Positions 10,994-21,727 of a stretch of 64,000 bases of DNA are shown in pieces. The notes beneath the pieces are model-generated. The model had not been told where the DNA came from. It did not search any database and saw nothing but the letters and a program-made list of their open reading frames with translations. This DNA is from Thermoanaerobaculia bacterium. GTDB taxonomy: Bacteria; Acidobacteriota; Thermoanaerobaculia; UBA5066. Made by a program: the position numbers and the translations under genes. The stretch lies in NCBI GenBank assembly GCA_963816185.1, contig CAWFJJ010000005.1, positions 1-64,000 on the forward strand. Direction: 5' to 3'. Positions within the stretch are counted from its first letter, which is position 1, and every line of letters starts with the position of its first letter.

Positions 10994-11159
10994 TTGAATC
11001 CCTCCCGATCCCTTCCTGGCGGTATCAGTGCGTTCGGAACTAGCGCAGAGAGCGGTTGCAGTCAGAGAGCATAGCTGATCTGGCAGGATCGGGGCTAGCG
11101 GACGACCATTCCTGTCTCTTCGGTTGTGGCGACATCAATTGGCAGCGAACGCTCGGAAC

Positions 11160-11366
11160 CTATCTTTCTTTGACTTTCTGCGCCAGCTCGCGAAAGTCTT
11201 TGGCTTGTTGGTGACTGACCTTCGCTTGGATCTGCGCGAGCTGTCGAGATTTCTCATTGGGGAGGTGCGAAACCAAAGCTTCAAGTTCGGTCGCCGCCTC
11301 GTAGGCCTGGTCAGCCTCTTTGAGCATCAAATGTTCAAACTTCCGGACTGCCTCATTGTGATCCAT
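11160..11366 (-). CDS. small helical hypothetical protein
   Basis: RBS GAGGAGGG before MDHNEAVRKFEHL. Confidence 0.6.
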   Translation of the reverse strand: MDHNEAVRKFEHLMLKEADQAYEAATELEALVSHLPNEKSRQLAQIQAKVSHQQAKDFRELAQKVKER

Positions 11367-11875
11367 GTTTCCCTCCTCATGAAAGTTTGGCGGAGACGAA
11401 AAATGTAATATCGCGATTTGACCATCGCTGTCTTCCTCGTTCGAACATACTTCCACTAGTCGAAAGCTCCTCACAGACAATTGCAATTAGGCCAGAAGCG
11501 CGGCCAACGAGTCTATTAGACGAAGGTATCGATCGACAATTTTACACCGCAGGCGCGATCAGGTGCAGGCAAGCGGGAGAGCGTGCTTTTGCCGACGGGA
11601 TTTTTTACTATCAGACTGCACGGTCTGAAATAAATCGCCTATCTGACTGCTTGATACACCTTCCTAGGCATACAGGAACGGCCGCTCTCTGTGGCTTCTC
11701 CAGAAGTAGGCGAGGATGATCACACTTACAACTGCCGCGTACGTACACCATAACGAGGTGAACGCGTATCGCTTGACCTCCATTACAACCAGCAGTTCGC
11801 GGTGGCTGAGAAGCAGATCGTCGGTCTTTCGGAACGCAAAACAACGGACCAACCGATGTTGGGGGTAGGCGCGGT

Positions 11876-12499
11876 TCAACGCTTCTGGTAGGGGTGGAAG
11901 ATGTAGTCTTTCGCTTTCACTGCCGTGTGGCACGCGTGTCCGCAGTCCGAGAGGCTTTTGGGATCGGGCGTAAACTTGTCCGAGGCGGCATCGTAGTTGA
12001 ACACCGCGTATCCCCAGCCACCGCTGTTCGGAAATCTCTTGCTGTCCTTTTCAATGACGAAAGCCTCAGCGAAAGACGTCCGGCACATCCACAACAAAAG
12101 GGGCCTCCGTGCTCTTCTTCGGCTTCCACTGGAGCTTCACGATCATGGAGCCATCGGGGAATGCCTGGCCGTTGACGGGAATACCGGCTTTATACGCTTT
12201 GATCATCGTCGGATTGGCGACGATCACCTTGAGCCTTTCGTCGGTTCGGGAGGAAGAGACGACAGCCCAATCCTCGTATCCCCGGAAGTCGGAGAACGCG
12301 ATTCCGCCGGGCGATTTCAGCGAGTACTTATCATTGTCCTTGCCTTGCGCGTAAAGGGCCACGGCGCCAAGGACGGCGAGCGCTGCCGCGGCTGTTGCAA
12401 CGATGGTAAAGCCGGCGATACGCTGCACAGCGGTGCGGTTTTCTATCTTCTGTTCCTGTTGTTCTTGCGCGCACAACTTTCGTCACAAGCTCAGACATG
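11876..12499 (-). CDS. cytochrome P460-family protein (frameshift ~12070)
   Basis: FPDGSMIVKLQW, EKDSKRFP..GGWGYA..F, C-terminal CGHACHT..KDYIF. Confidence 0.8.
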
Positions 12500-12584
12500 G
12501 TGTGTTCTCCTTCACAAAGTTTCCCGATCCCGATCGACGTGCATCTCGAACGGCTGCCATTAGGCCAGACGTGGAGGAGCAAGA

Positions 12585-12746
12585 CAATTGGACGATGGTA
12601 TCGACGATACCTTCGTATCGGGAGGGTATGACGAGCCTTCCTTATTTTGGATCGATCTTCAGTGCTAATCGGATGGAGCTGCATGCCTCAGGCATGAAGA
12701 GCACTGCACTCGATACATAAGGGTGGGCAATACCATCGTCCAATTG
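12585..12746. promoter_or_regulatory. perfect 17-bp inverted pair of operator-like boxes in a divergent promoter region
   Basis: CAATTGGACGATGGTAT (12585-12601) and ATACCATCGTCCAATTG (12730-12746); a variant lies at 11513-11529. Confidence 0.6.
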
Positions 12747-12962
12747 CGCGACCCCATTGAGTTCTGGCTGAATGCTGACAGACTTTATTTCGTCGAGTGG
12801 TTTATAGCACGCGGGCGAGAATTTCGGATCGATGTTCTAAGTTGCTGAAATTGTCGGGCGTCCTGTGTGCATTTGCTGCGACGAATGAACGACAAACGGC
12901 AATGGCTATCGTCGGTTTTAATCAACCGGTTTTCGAGGCCAAGTAATACGGAGAAAAATCCC

Positions 12963-13868
12963 ATGGCAACTATGAGCGTACCTGCCAGTCTCACACAGAT
13001 GAACCCACCTACGAAACCGGCACAGATTCGCGTGGCCCGGCGGTCGCCCGCCTATTGGCGTGTCACGGTCGACAACCCGCCCATCAACGTCATGGGCCCG
13101 GAAATGGTCAAGCAGTTCCAAGAAGTCATCGCTGCACTCGAGGCCGACGAGGATGTCAGGGTCGTGGTCTTCGACAGCGCAGTCGATGACTACTTCCTGA
13201 ATCACTCCGACTTCACGGCCAAGCTTGAGGAACTGACCGCGCTGCCTCCGGGTCCCACAGGCTTGCCTCCTTGGCCGGACTTTCTCGTGCGTCTGACCCG
13301 ATTGCCAGTCGCATCCATCGCCCTCATCCGCGGCCGCGCGACCGGCAACGGCAGCGAGATCACGCTGGCCTGCGACATGAGTTTTGCCAGTCGCGAGAAG
13401 GCCATCATCTCGCAATGGGAGGTGGGCGTGGGGATGGTCGCCGGCGGCGGCCCAATGGCTCGCCTGCCCCGGCTCATCGGCCGAAACCGCGCGCTCGAGG
13501 TGCTCTTAAGTTCGGAAGACATCCGAGCAGACCAGGCCGAGGCCTACGGCTACATCAATCGCGCTCTGCCCGACGCCGACCTGGATGAGTTTGTAGAGGC
13601 GCTCGCGAGCCGGATTGCCAAGTTCGACAAATGGGCGATCGCGCAGACCAAGCGCCTCGTCAACACCAGCCTGCCGCCGGACGTTGAGCTCGGCGCCGGG
13701 TGGGATGCGTGCATCGCATCGCTCGGGCGACCCGCTGCTCAGGAGGGGATCAAGGAGCTGATGGCGCGCGGGCTTCCACAAGCCGGGGGATGTCGAAAAT
13801 CGGCTCGGATACTACCTGGGCCAAATCGCGCGCTAGGCGAGCGGGACTCGGGACATTCGTATTTGTAA
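12963..13868 (+). CDS. enoyl-CoA hydratase/isomerase family protein (C-terminal frameshift)
   Basis: DNPPIN, GRATGNGSEITLACDM, GRNRALE. Confidence 0.85.
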   Translation: MATMSVPASLTQMNPPTKPAQIRVARRSPAYWRVTVDNPPINVMGPEMVKQFQEVIAALEADEDVRVVVFDSAVDDYFLNHSDFTAKLEELTALPPGPTGLPPWPDFLVRLTRLPVASIALIRGRATGNGSEITLACDMSFASREKAIISQWEVGVGMVAGGGPMARLPRLIGRNRALEVLLSSEDIRADQAEAYGYINRALPDADLDEFVEALASRIAKFDKWAIAQTKRLVNTSLPPDVELGAGWDACIASLGRPAAQEGIKELMARGLPQAGGCRKSARILPGPNRALGERDSGHSYL

Positions 13869-13895
13869 TGAGCACTGTATCGAAAGGAGCCATCA

Positions 13896-14341
13896 ATGAA
13901 CGCCGTACAAGTCGAACAGAAGAGCTATGAGATGCCCCCGCGCGAGGGGATCAGCATCGCGCATTTTCTCACCGTCGCCGACGTCGAGCGATCGGCTCGC
14001 TACTACGAAAAGGTCTTCGGCGCTCGCATTCTGACCATGGGTGACGGCAACGCGCCTCCGTACCTTCAGCTTGCGAATATCTGGATGATTCTGAACGTTG
14101 GGGGCGGGCCGACCCCGGATAAGCCGACGGTAACGCTCAGCGTCCCCGACCCGAATCACATCAACAGCTTTATGAATTTCCGCGTTGCGGATATTCAAGC
14201 GTGCTACGAATTATGGAAAAGTCGAGGAGCGGAGTTCATCACGCAGCCGATACCCAAGTACGGCGAGATTCGCTGCTACATCCGCGATCCTGACGGTTAC
14301 ATTATCGAGGTCGGACAGAGCACCGATCTCAGTACGGTTAA
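13896..14341 (+). CDS. VOC/glyoxalase family protein
   Basis: LTVADVERSARYY..IRDPDGYIIEVGQ. The true stop is probably TAA ~14339 after a 1-nt indel. Confidence 0.85.
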
Positions 14342-14483
14342 CGCTTCGGCGCGGATGAGGATGCCGACTCTGCGCTTCAGATCGTCGCGGCTTCTGCCAA
14401 TCTTGCCTTGAACAGTCACTCGCTCTGACATCGAAAGGAGTACCAGATGGATCGGCACAAATGGACTGAAAGAGACCACGCGC

Positions 14484-15337
14484 GTGACCGCGCCTGTCGC
14501 GTCGAACACGCTGAGTGTGAACGTTTTTACGGCTCCGGGAAAGACTATGGTCGGCGAGCGGCCAAAGCCCTTCGGCGAAGCGCTCGGCTTTGACCCGATC
14601 ACGTCGACTTTAATCTTCGGCGAGTACGACGCGGTGCTGGTGGACGCAATGGGGACGGTGGCTGAGGCCGAGGCTCTCGCGGATTGGGTCGCTCTGCACA
14701 ACCGCAACCTGGAGACCATCTATATAACGCACGCCCATTTCGACCACTTCTACGGTCTGAGCATTCTGCTCGACCGTTTCCCGGGCGCTCGGGCGATAGC
14801 AACGCCCAAGGCGGTGAACGCCATGCAGATGTCTTTCACTCCCGCAGTGGAGCGGCTGGCCCGCCGGATGTTTCCTGGGCAAGTGGCCACCAAGTTGGTT
14901 CCACCTGAGCCCTATGAGCACGACACGTTCACTCTCGAGGGCCACGAATTGCGCATCATCGAGCAGGGCCGCACCGATAGTCCCGATTCGACGTCTCTCT
15001 ACGTTCCATCGATCGGCCTGATCGTCGCTGGCGACGTTGTGTACAACCAATGCCGCATGTACGTCGGCGACACCACCCCCGAGAGCCGAAAGAATTGGAT
15101 CGCGGCGCTGGACCGGTTAGCGGCGCTGAACCCGGCGATTGTTGTCGCCGGTCACAAGAAGCCTGGCGCGCCCGACTCTCCCTCGACGATCCAGGACACC
15201 AAGCGTTACCTCAGGACTTCGATCGGGTGCAGAAAACCGCGACGTCCGACCAGGAGCTGTTCGATCAGATGACGGAGCTGTACCCGCATTGGGTAGCCAA
15301 TCAGTCGTGGTTGATGTTCGGATTCCCCGGAGCATAA
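14484..15337 (+). CDS. MBL-fold metallohydrolase (frameshift ~15210)
   Basis: THAHFDH, AGDVVYN and AGH motifs. Confidence 0.85.
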
Positions 15338-15445
15338 CTCACATCAACCGCGGTAGCCGGTCCTTGCGCACTTTGGAGGAAGCCGCGGACGATGAGCTAG
15401 CTCATATTCAGGAGAACAGAATTCGATTTCAAAGAGGAGAACAAA

Positions 15446-16258
15446 ATGACAACAAAAGGAAAAGTCTTGGTGCTAGTCTCGAGCGGTCACGGCTTGCCCT
15501 TGAAAGATGGCAAGGTTTATGCCGGCGCTGGCTACTATCTCAACGAGCTGACGGTTCCGGTTCGCGCCCTGATGAAGGAGGGCTACGAAATCACTTTCGC
15601 CAACCCCAAAGGCAACACGCCGCAAATGGATGTCCATTCAGCTGTAGCCGATTTCTTCGGTGGGGACGAGGCTAAGCTTCAGGACTATCTAAAATTCCGC
15701 GACACCCTGACTGGGCTCAAAAATCCAACTCGTATCTCGGATGTCATCGCATCGGGCCTGGATCAATATGACGCTGTTTTCGTCCCCGGCGGCCATGGCC
15801 CGATGATGGATCTTCTCGATGATCCCGACGCGGGCACCGTGATGAGACACTTTCATGAAACATCCAAGCCTACGGCAGTGCTCTGCCATGGCCCGATTTC
15901 ACTTCTCTCGGCGCTTCCGAATTCGACGGAGGTGGTCGCCGCGCTGGCGGCGGGCGATGCCGCTGGAGCACACGCAAAGGCTCAAGGCTGGATCTATTCC
16001 GGATATAAGATGACCATCTTTTCGACAGCGGAAGAGCAGCAGCGGGAGCCGCTTGAGATTGGTGGTAAGGTTCTCTTCTACCCGGACTTCGCCTTGCGTA
16101 CTGCGGGCGGTGACGTAAGTGTGGTCGCTCCATGGAAGAGCTACGTCCTTCAAGATCGCGAGTTGATCTCAGGTCAGAACCCGTTCTCGGACGAAGCGCT
16201 TCTGAAACTTCTTCTACCGGCACTCGATGGGAAGAAGAAGTCGGTTTCAGCGGCATAA
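15446..16258 (+). CDS. DJ-1/PfpI (type 1 glutamine amidotransferase-like) protein
   Basis: GYYLNEL, PGGHGPM, LCHGP and SGQNPFS motifs. Confidence 0.88.
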   Translation: MTTKGKVLVLVSSGHGLPLKDGKVYAGAGYYLNELTVPVRALMKEGYEITFANPKGNTPQMDVHSAVADFFGGDEAKLQDYLKFRDTLTGLKNPTRISDVIASGLDQYDAVFVPGGHGPMMDLLDDPDAGTVMRHFHETSKPTAVLCHGPISLLSALPNSTEVVAALAAGDAAGAHAKAQGWIYSGYKMTIFSTAEEQQREPLEIGGKVLFYPDFALRTAGGDVSVVAPWKSYVLQDRELISGQNPFSDEALLKLLLPALDGKKKSVSAA

Positions 16259-16336
16259 GAATCGGGGACGCCCATCGTTTACACGACGCATGTTGCCATG
16301 CCTTCGCCAGTCGAAGTCCGAGAGAAGGAATTGCCG

Positions 16337-17223
16337 ATGAATCCCGTGGCATTATCGCACCATACAGGTCGATGGCCTGTCGATTTTCTATCGAGAGGCT
16401 GGGCCGAAAAATGCGGAAACACTTCTACTGCTGCACGGACTTCCATCGTCGTCGCGGATGTTCGAGCCGCTTTTCGCACGGCTATCGGATCGCTACCATC
16501 TGATAGCGCCTGATTATCCCGGATTCGGACACAGTGACTGGCCGGACCCGAAGAAATTCGCATATACGTTCGATCATTTCGCCGAGATCATGGACCATTT
16601 CACCGAGGCGCTGGGACTCTCGCGTTACACCGTTATATATGCAGGACTACGGTGGCCCCGTCGGCTTTCGCATGGCTCTGGCGCATCCGGAGCGAGTCGA
16701 GGCGCTGATCGTGCAGGACGCCGTCGCCCACAACGAAGGCCTGGGAGCAAATTGGAAAACACGCCGGGCATTCTGGGCTGATCGCGCTGCCAATGAGAGC
16801 GCATTGCGCACCAATCTCTTGTCGCTCGAGGCCGCGCGCGCGCGACACGTCGGAAACGATCCCGACGTGGAGCGCCACGATCCCGACCTCTGGACCGACG
16901 AGTTTTATTTTCTGAATCGGCCCGGCCAGGCCGAGATCCAGAGCGATCTTTTCTACGACTACCGAACCAATGTGGAGTCTTATCCGAAGTGGCAGGCCTG
17001 GATGCGCGAAAAACAACCGCGGCTGCTCGTGATCTGGGGCAAATACGAAACATCGTTTGACCCGAGCGAGCCGGAGAGCTATCGCAAGGATGTTCCGAAC
17101 GCCGAAGTCCACATTGTCGACGGTGGCCATTTCGCCCTGGACACGGCTGCCGATGAGATTGCTGCCTTGGTGAAAGGCTTTATGGCGTCTTCCCCGGAGG
17201 TGAGGGCTCGGCGTGCTGGTTGA
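16337..17223 (+). CDS. alpha/beta hydrolase (frameshifted)
   Basis: IFYREAG..LLHGLPSS..APDYPGFGHS..QDYGGPVG..GHFAL. Confidence 0.8.
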
Positions 17224-17308
17224 GATGATCGATCATGCGGAGACTGTTCAAGTTGTGCCGGGAGTCAGATTAATCGGTACGGTATCAACGGAATAGGAGC
17301 CGACATCA

Positions 17309-17575
17309 ATGAGCGGCATACAAATCGAACAAAACGAGCTATGAGATGCCCCCCGCGCGAAGGATTCACCATCACACTTTTTATCACCGTCGCCGACATC
17401 AACCGAGCGGCTGATTTCTATGAAAAGGTGTTCGGCGGCCGCATTCTGAGCAGAGGCGATAGCAAGGGCGCGTCCGGGCACATTCAGATCGCGAATACCT
17501 GGCTGATTGATCAACGTCGGGGTCGGGCCCACGCCGGACAAGCCGACGGTAACGCTCAGCGTCCCCGAACTTCGA
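17309..17575 (+). pseudogene. truncated paralog of the VOC gene at 13896
   Basis: Shares EMPPREG..YEKVFGGRIL..GPTPDKPTVTLSVP with the first copy, then stops. Confidence 0.7.
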
Positions 17576-17679
17576 AGGCATCTTCACAGATGTTTCCGAG
17601 CGCTGTCGATATACGATGCGGCCGGAAACGCCTGCGGTCTAAAGGAAGCGGTTCATCTGCTGCCTACCCTATAACGGGT

Positions 17680-18033
17680 CTAGTTTAGAAGCGATTCCCA
17701 GTTGGCCGGCACCCTGCCTGCGGGTCCAGGTGCGGGCTGACTTTCGGGATGCGCGTGCGGCGGAAGCAATTCCAGACCCTTGATCATCCCCTGCTTCTCG
17801 TAATCGAAGAACCAATCCTCACCCGGCTCAAAGCTGGTTATGATCGCGTGCCCTGTTTCCGCCGCATGCTTAGATGCATGCTGACTTGGAGAGCTGTCAC
17901 AGCATCCGATGTGGCCACACTCCGCACACCGGCGGAGATGAAACCACCAACCTTTCGGTGACGCCAGGCATTCAACACATCCGTTTCCGCTTGGTTTCGA
18001 AGCGGCGTTGATTCCGCGCCGGTCTCTTCTCAT
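17680..18033 (-). CDS. UBP-type zinc finger protein
   Basis: CVEC..HLRRCAECGHIGCCDSSPSQHASKH..SFEPGEDW. Confidence 0.85.
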   Translation of the reverse strand: MRRDRRGINAASKPSGNGCVECLASPKGWWFHLRRCAECGHIGCCDSSPSQHASKHAAETGHAIITSFEPGEDWFFDYEKQGMIKGLELLPPHAHPESQPAPGPAGRVPANWESLLN

Positions 18034-18071
18034 TTTCGATCTTCCTTTTGTTTCGCGTCCGCCAGAGAATC

Positions 18072-18780
18072 TCAAGCCACCAGCAAGATCTTCCCGACAG
18101 CACCCTTCTCTGCCTCTGCTTGAGCTTCGGCTGCTTCACTGAGCGGCAGTTTCTGGCTAATCGGGATTACCAACTTGCCATCTCGCACGGCCTCGGCCAT
18201 GAACTCGAGCGTTTTCCTGTCAAACTTCGAGAATACGAAAACCACCTTTACAGAGGGTACTGTGCCGGCGTTCTGCGGTGTCCCGACAACCGACGCATAG
18301 ACTCCTCCCGGCGTGACCTTGGCGATTAGCTTCTCGGCAGTTCTTCCGCCGACTGTATCCGCCACTGCATCGAGCGGCGGAAGATTCGCAATCGCGGAGT
18401 CGTCGTCGGTTGCGACGACCTGATCCGCGCCGACAGTGTTCGCGCTCTCGATCTGCTTGTTCAACACCCCCGCGATCACAGTCGCCCCGCGTTGTTTTGC
18501 AGTGAATACCGCTGAACGCCCGACGTTTCCAGCAGCGCCCACGACGAGAACCGTCTGGCCTGCTTTGATCCCGGTAGCGGACATGAGTTGGTTGCCGGTC
18601 ACCGTCACCAAGGGCAGCGCTGCCGCCTGGATCAAATCGAGTCCCTTGGGAACTTTCGCCAGAATGGCGGTGTTTACAGCGCAAAGTTCGGCGTAAGTAT
18701 TGTCCGCCATGGCGAATACCTGGTCGCCAACAGAAAAGCCTTCTACTCCGGGCCCAATCTTAATCACGGTTCCTGCGATG
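18072..18780 (-). pseudogene. NADP-dependent quinone oxidoreductase (MDR family), 5'-truncated
   Basis: AGTVIKIGPGV..AAALPLV..GAAGNVG..GKILL. The N-terminal part is replaced by the antisense of the rSAM gene. Confidence 0.8.
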
Positions 18781-18782
18781 GC

Positions 18783-20021
18783 GTCGTGGAAGGTTCGCGG
18801 CTCTTCTGTGTGGACCAGGATTTCTTCGCGAGGCTTCGGAGCGGCAATTCGGAGGCCGAATCGGAGATGACCACCGCCGCGGGAGAGGCGGCGCCGGCGG
18901 CGGAGTTCGCAGAGGGCTTGCCCGAACCCGCGGCCATTTCTCTCAACGTCGCCCAATCGTGCAACCTGTCGTGCTCGTACTGCTACGCCGACGAGGGACG
19001 TTTCGGGGGCAAACGGCGGCTGATGCCCCTGGATGTGGCTCTGCAGGCGATCGACCGTCTGATCGACGGCGCCGCGGGCCGGCGGGTGACGGTCGGCTTT
19101 ATCGGAGGCGAGCCGTTTCTGAACCGCGAGGTGCTTTACGAGAGCGTCGCGTACGCGGTCGAACGGGCGCGAGCGCGGGGCTGCACCGTCGGGTTCTCGG
19201 TGGCGACGAACGGGACCCTGCTCAACGCAAGCGACGTGCGCCTTCTGCGCAACGACGGCTTCGCGGTGTCGGTGAGCCTCGACGGGAATGCCCAAGTGAA
19301 CGACAGGCATCGCCGCGCGCCCGGGGGCGCCAGCGGATACGAATCGGCGCTTTCCCGCTTGCGCCCGCTCCTGGAAAGCCCGGGGAAAGCGCGCATCGCG
19401 GCGCGGATCACCGTGGCGCGAGACGACTTGCGAGTCGCCGAACGAGTGGAGGCGCTCGCCGGCGCCGGCTTCGCCGAGATCGGCGTGAGTCCCTTGCGCA
19501 CGAGCCCGGTTCCGGGCCTGGTCCTCAGAGACGAGGACTGGGCGGTATTCCTGGCGGAGATGGTGCGGGCCGCGGAACGCGAATGGCAGCGGCTGAACGA
19601 GGGCGAGGGCTTCCGCTTCTCGAATCTCGCGATCGCCGTGAAACAGCTCCACGCCGGGTTCGCCAAGCCCCTCCCGTGCGGCTCGGCAGCGAACTACGTG
19701 TCGGTGAGCGCGGAGGGCGGGTACTTCACGTGCCACCGCACGATCGACGATGCGTCGTTTTCTCTCGGAACGATCGCAGGAGGCTTGTCCACGACCCTGC
19801 GCGAGAGCTTCCTGAAGGAGAGGCACGTGGACCGGCAGGAGCCGTGCCGCAGCTGTTGGGCGCGGTACCTCTGCGGAGGCGGGTGTCACGCCGAGGTCCT
19901 TTCGGCCGGGCGCAGCGGATGCGACTACATCCGGGGGTGGCTGGAGTACTGCCTTCGGTTCTACGACCGCCTGTCGCGGGAGCGGCCGGACCTGCTCGGA
20001 GAAAGGCGGGAGGTGGCTTGA
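18783..20021 (+). CDS. radical SAM/SPASM-domain protein (thioether-forming QhpD/ranthipeptide-like); 5' end apparently truncated
   Basis: CNLSCSYC, GGEP, SLDG; SPASM motifs PCG..TCHR..CRSCWARYLCGGGCH..C. Confidence 0.88.
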   Translation, partial: VVEGSRLFCVDQDFFARLRSGNSEAESEMTTAAGEAAPAAEFAEGLPEPAAISLNVAQSCNLSCSYCYADEGRFGGKRRLMPLDVALQAIDRLIDGAAGRRVTVGFIGGEPFLNREVLYESVAYAVERARARGCTVGFSVATNGTLLNASDVRLLRNDGFAVSVSLDGNAQVNDRHRRAPGGASGYESALSRLRPLLESPGKARIAARITVARDDLRVAERVEALAGAGFAEIGVSPLRTSPVPGLVLRDEDWAVFLAEMVRAAEREWQRLNEGEGFRFSNLAIAVKQLHAGFAKPLPCGSAANYVSVSAEGGYFTCHRTIDDASFSLGTIAGGLSTTLRESFLKERHVDRQEPCRSCWARYLCGGGCHAEVLSAGRSGCDYIRGWLEYCLRFYDRLSRERPDLLGERREVA

Positions 20022-21711
20022 TGGAGAAGATCTTTCCGCTGAACCTGACGGCGCGGGCCGCCGCGATGGTGACAGGAAACCCGGCGACGACGCGCCTCGA
20101 GGGCGGAGTTGGCAATTGCTTCCCAGGCCTGGAGTACGACCACCGCAACCTCGACCGGCGCTTCTTCCCGGGGTTGGTATTCCAGTTCGGGTCCTCCCGG
20201 GGCGCGCCGCTCTTGAAAGTGGATCCGGACGATCCGGATCTCGACCCCAAGACCTTCGAGGGACTCCTGCGCGATGCTCCGGATCCCCAGGTCCAGAGCG
20301 CCTTGCGTATGGCGCTCAGCGGCGCGGACCCGGGGGTCCAGAGTGCCTTACGTGCGGCGCTCGGCGGCAATCCGGGCAAGATATTGCTGGAAGGATCGTG
20401 GTTTCTCGACTCGATCAAGCAGTCCGGCAGGACCATCGCGGTGCGTGACCTCGCCGGCCTGACGGTCTGGCGCCTCGTGCGATCTCTCGAGCCCGGGCCC
20501 CTGGAGATCGTGCTGACGCGAAGCGCCGGAACGCCGCGAAAGATCACGCTCGAGCGGCTGGCGGCGGAGATTCGTGAGCACGAAGACCGGCGTCATCAGC
20601 GAGGCCTTTCAGCCGGGAGAGCTGACGCAGAGTCTGTGCTCGCCGTGGATGCACGATTTCCGCGATTGCGCATGCACGTACTGGGCGTCGAACCACCCCG
20701 ACATCGTCCTGGTCGAGCAGCCGTCGGGAGCGGAACCGGATCCCGTGTGGGAGGAAACGCCGGTCGACTGGCTGCGCTCCGACCGCACGCTGGCCCGGAC
20801 CGCAGCGGCGGTCGGAACGGAATCGGGAAACCGCAACGCGCAGATGGATCACTACGAGATCAACGAGCGCTGGCAGGATCTTTCCGTCGTCCTTCTGGGA
20901 CACGAGATCTCCAGCGCCTTCCCGGCGCGGGAGTGCGGATGCCGCGAATCCGTTCGAGACTGCCGACGAGCTGGCGACGACGCTGGTGGGCTTGGCCACG
21001 CTCGAACACGCGGTGGCGCTCGAGTACCTGTACGCGATGTACTCCGTGATGGACCCGTCAAAGGCGGCGGGCCAGAGTCTCAAGGACGCGGTGACGTTCG
21101 TGCAGCACGAAATGCTGGTCATCGCGGTGAGCGAGATGCGGCACCTGCGCTGGGCGAACCAGCTCCTGTGGGAGCTCGAGCACGCCGGGCTCACGACGAA
21201 GCGTTTCGGGCCGTCTCTCGGCGTTGCCGCACAGGTGCCGGGCGTGAACGGGCCGCGGGCACCGCAGCTTCGAGTTCTCGATGCCGCGACGCTCGACGAC
21301 TTCATCGCGATCGAGAAGCCCAGCGGCACTCTCGACGGCGCTTACGCGCGGGTCCTGGCGACACTGAGGCGGCAACCCCCTTATCCCGCGCCTCTCGAAC
21401 AGCTGGCCGGCCGGATCCTGGCGGACGGCATGCAGCATTACACCCGGTTCCGGGAGATCAAGAGGGTCCTCGAGCCGTTCTCGGGCGGGAATCCGCCCGC
21501 ATACCTCCAGACCCTCACGAAGGCGAGCCGCACGGAGGCGAAGAAGGCAGTCGATCTCTACGCGGGGATCCTCGCGGATCTTCGGGGCGCCTACGAGTCC
21601 GGCGACATGGAAGACGCGGCGCTCATCGCCAGGGCGCGCACCGTCATGTTCGAGCTGGACGCCGCCGCCGATGCGCTTGCCACCGCCGGCAAGGGCGTAC
21701 CATTTTTCTAG
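20021..21711 (+). CDS. LodA/GoxA CTQ-motif domain fused to a ferritin-like domain (two frameshifts)
   Basis: TGATG overlap with the rSAM gene. Motifs NCFPGLE and PGELTQSLCSPWMHDFRDCACTYWASNHPD, then LEHAVALEYLYAMYS..EMRH..IEKP..DGMQH. Confidence 0.7.
20279..20368 (+). repeat. 45-bp in-frame tandem duplication
   Basis: PDPQVQSALRMALSG / ADPGVQSALRAALGG. Confidence 0.8.
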
Positions 21712-21727
21712 AGAGGAGGCCCTCCCC

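Noticed and set aside
18072-19889. 605-aa minus-strand ORF as a novel fusion protein
   Set aside because: The N-terminal part is the antisense shadow of the rSAM gene; only the last ~235 aa are oxidoreductase.
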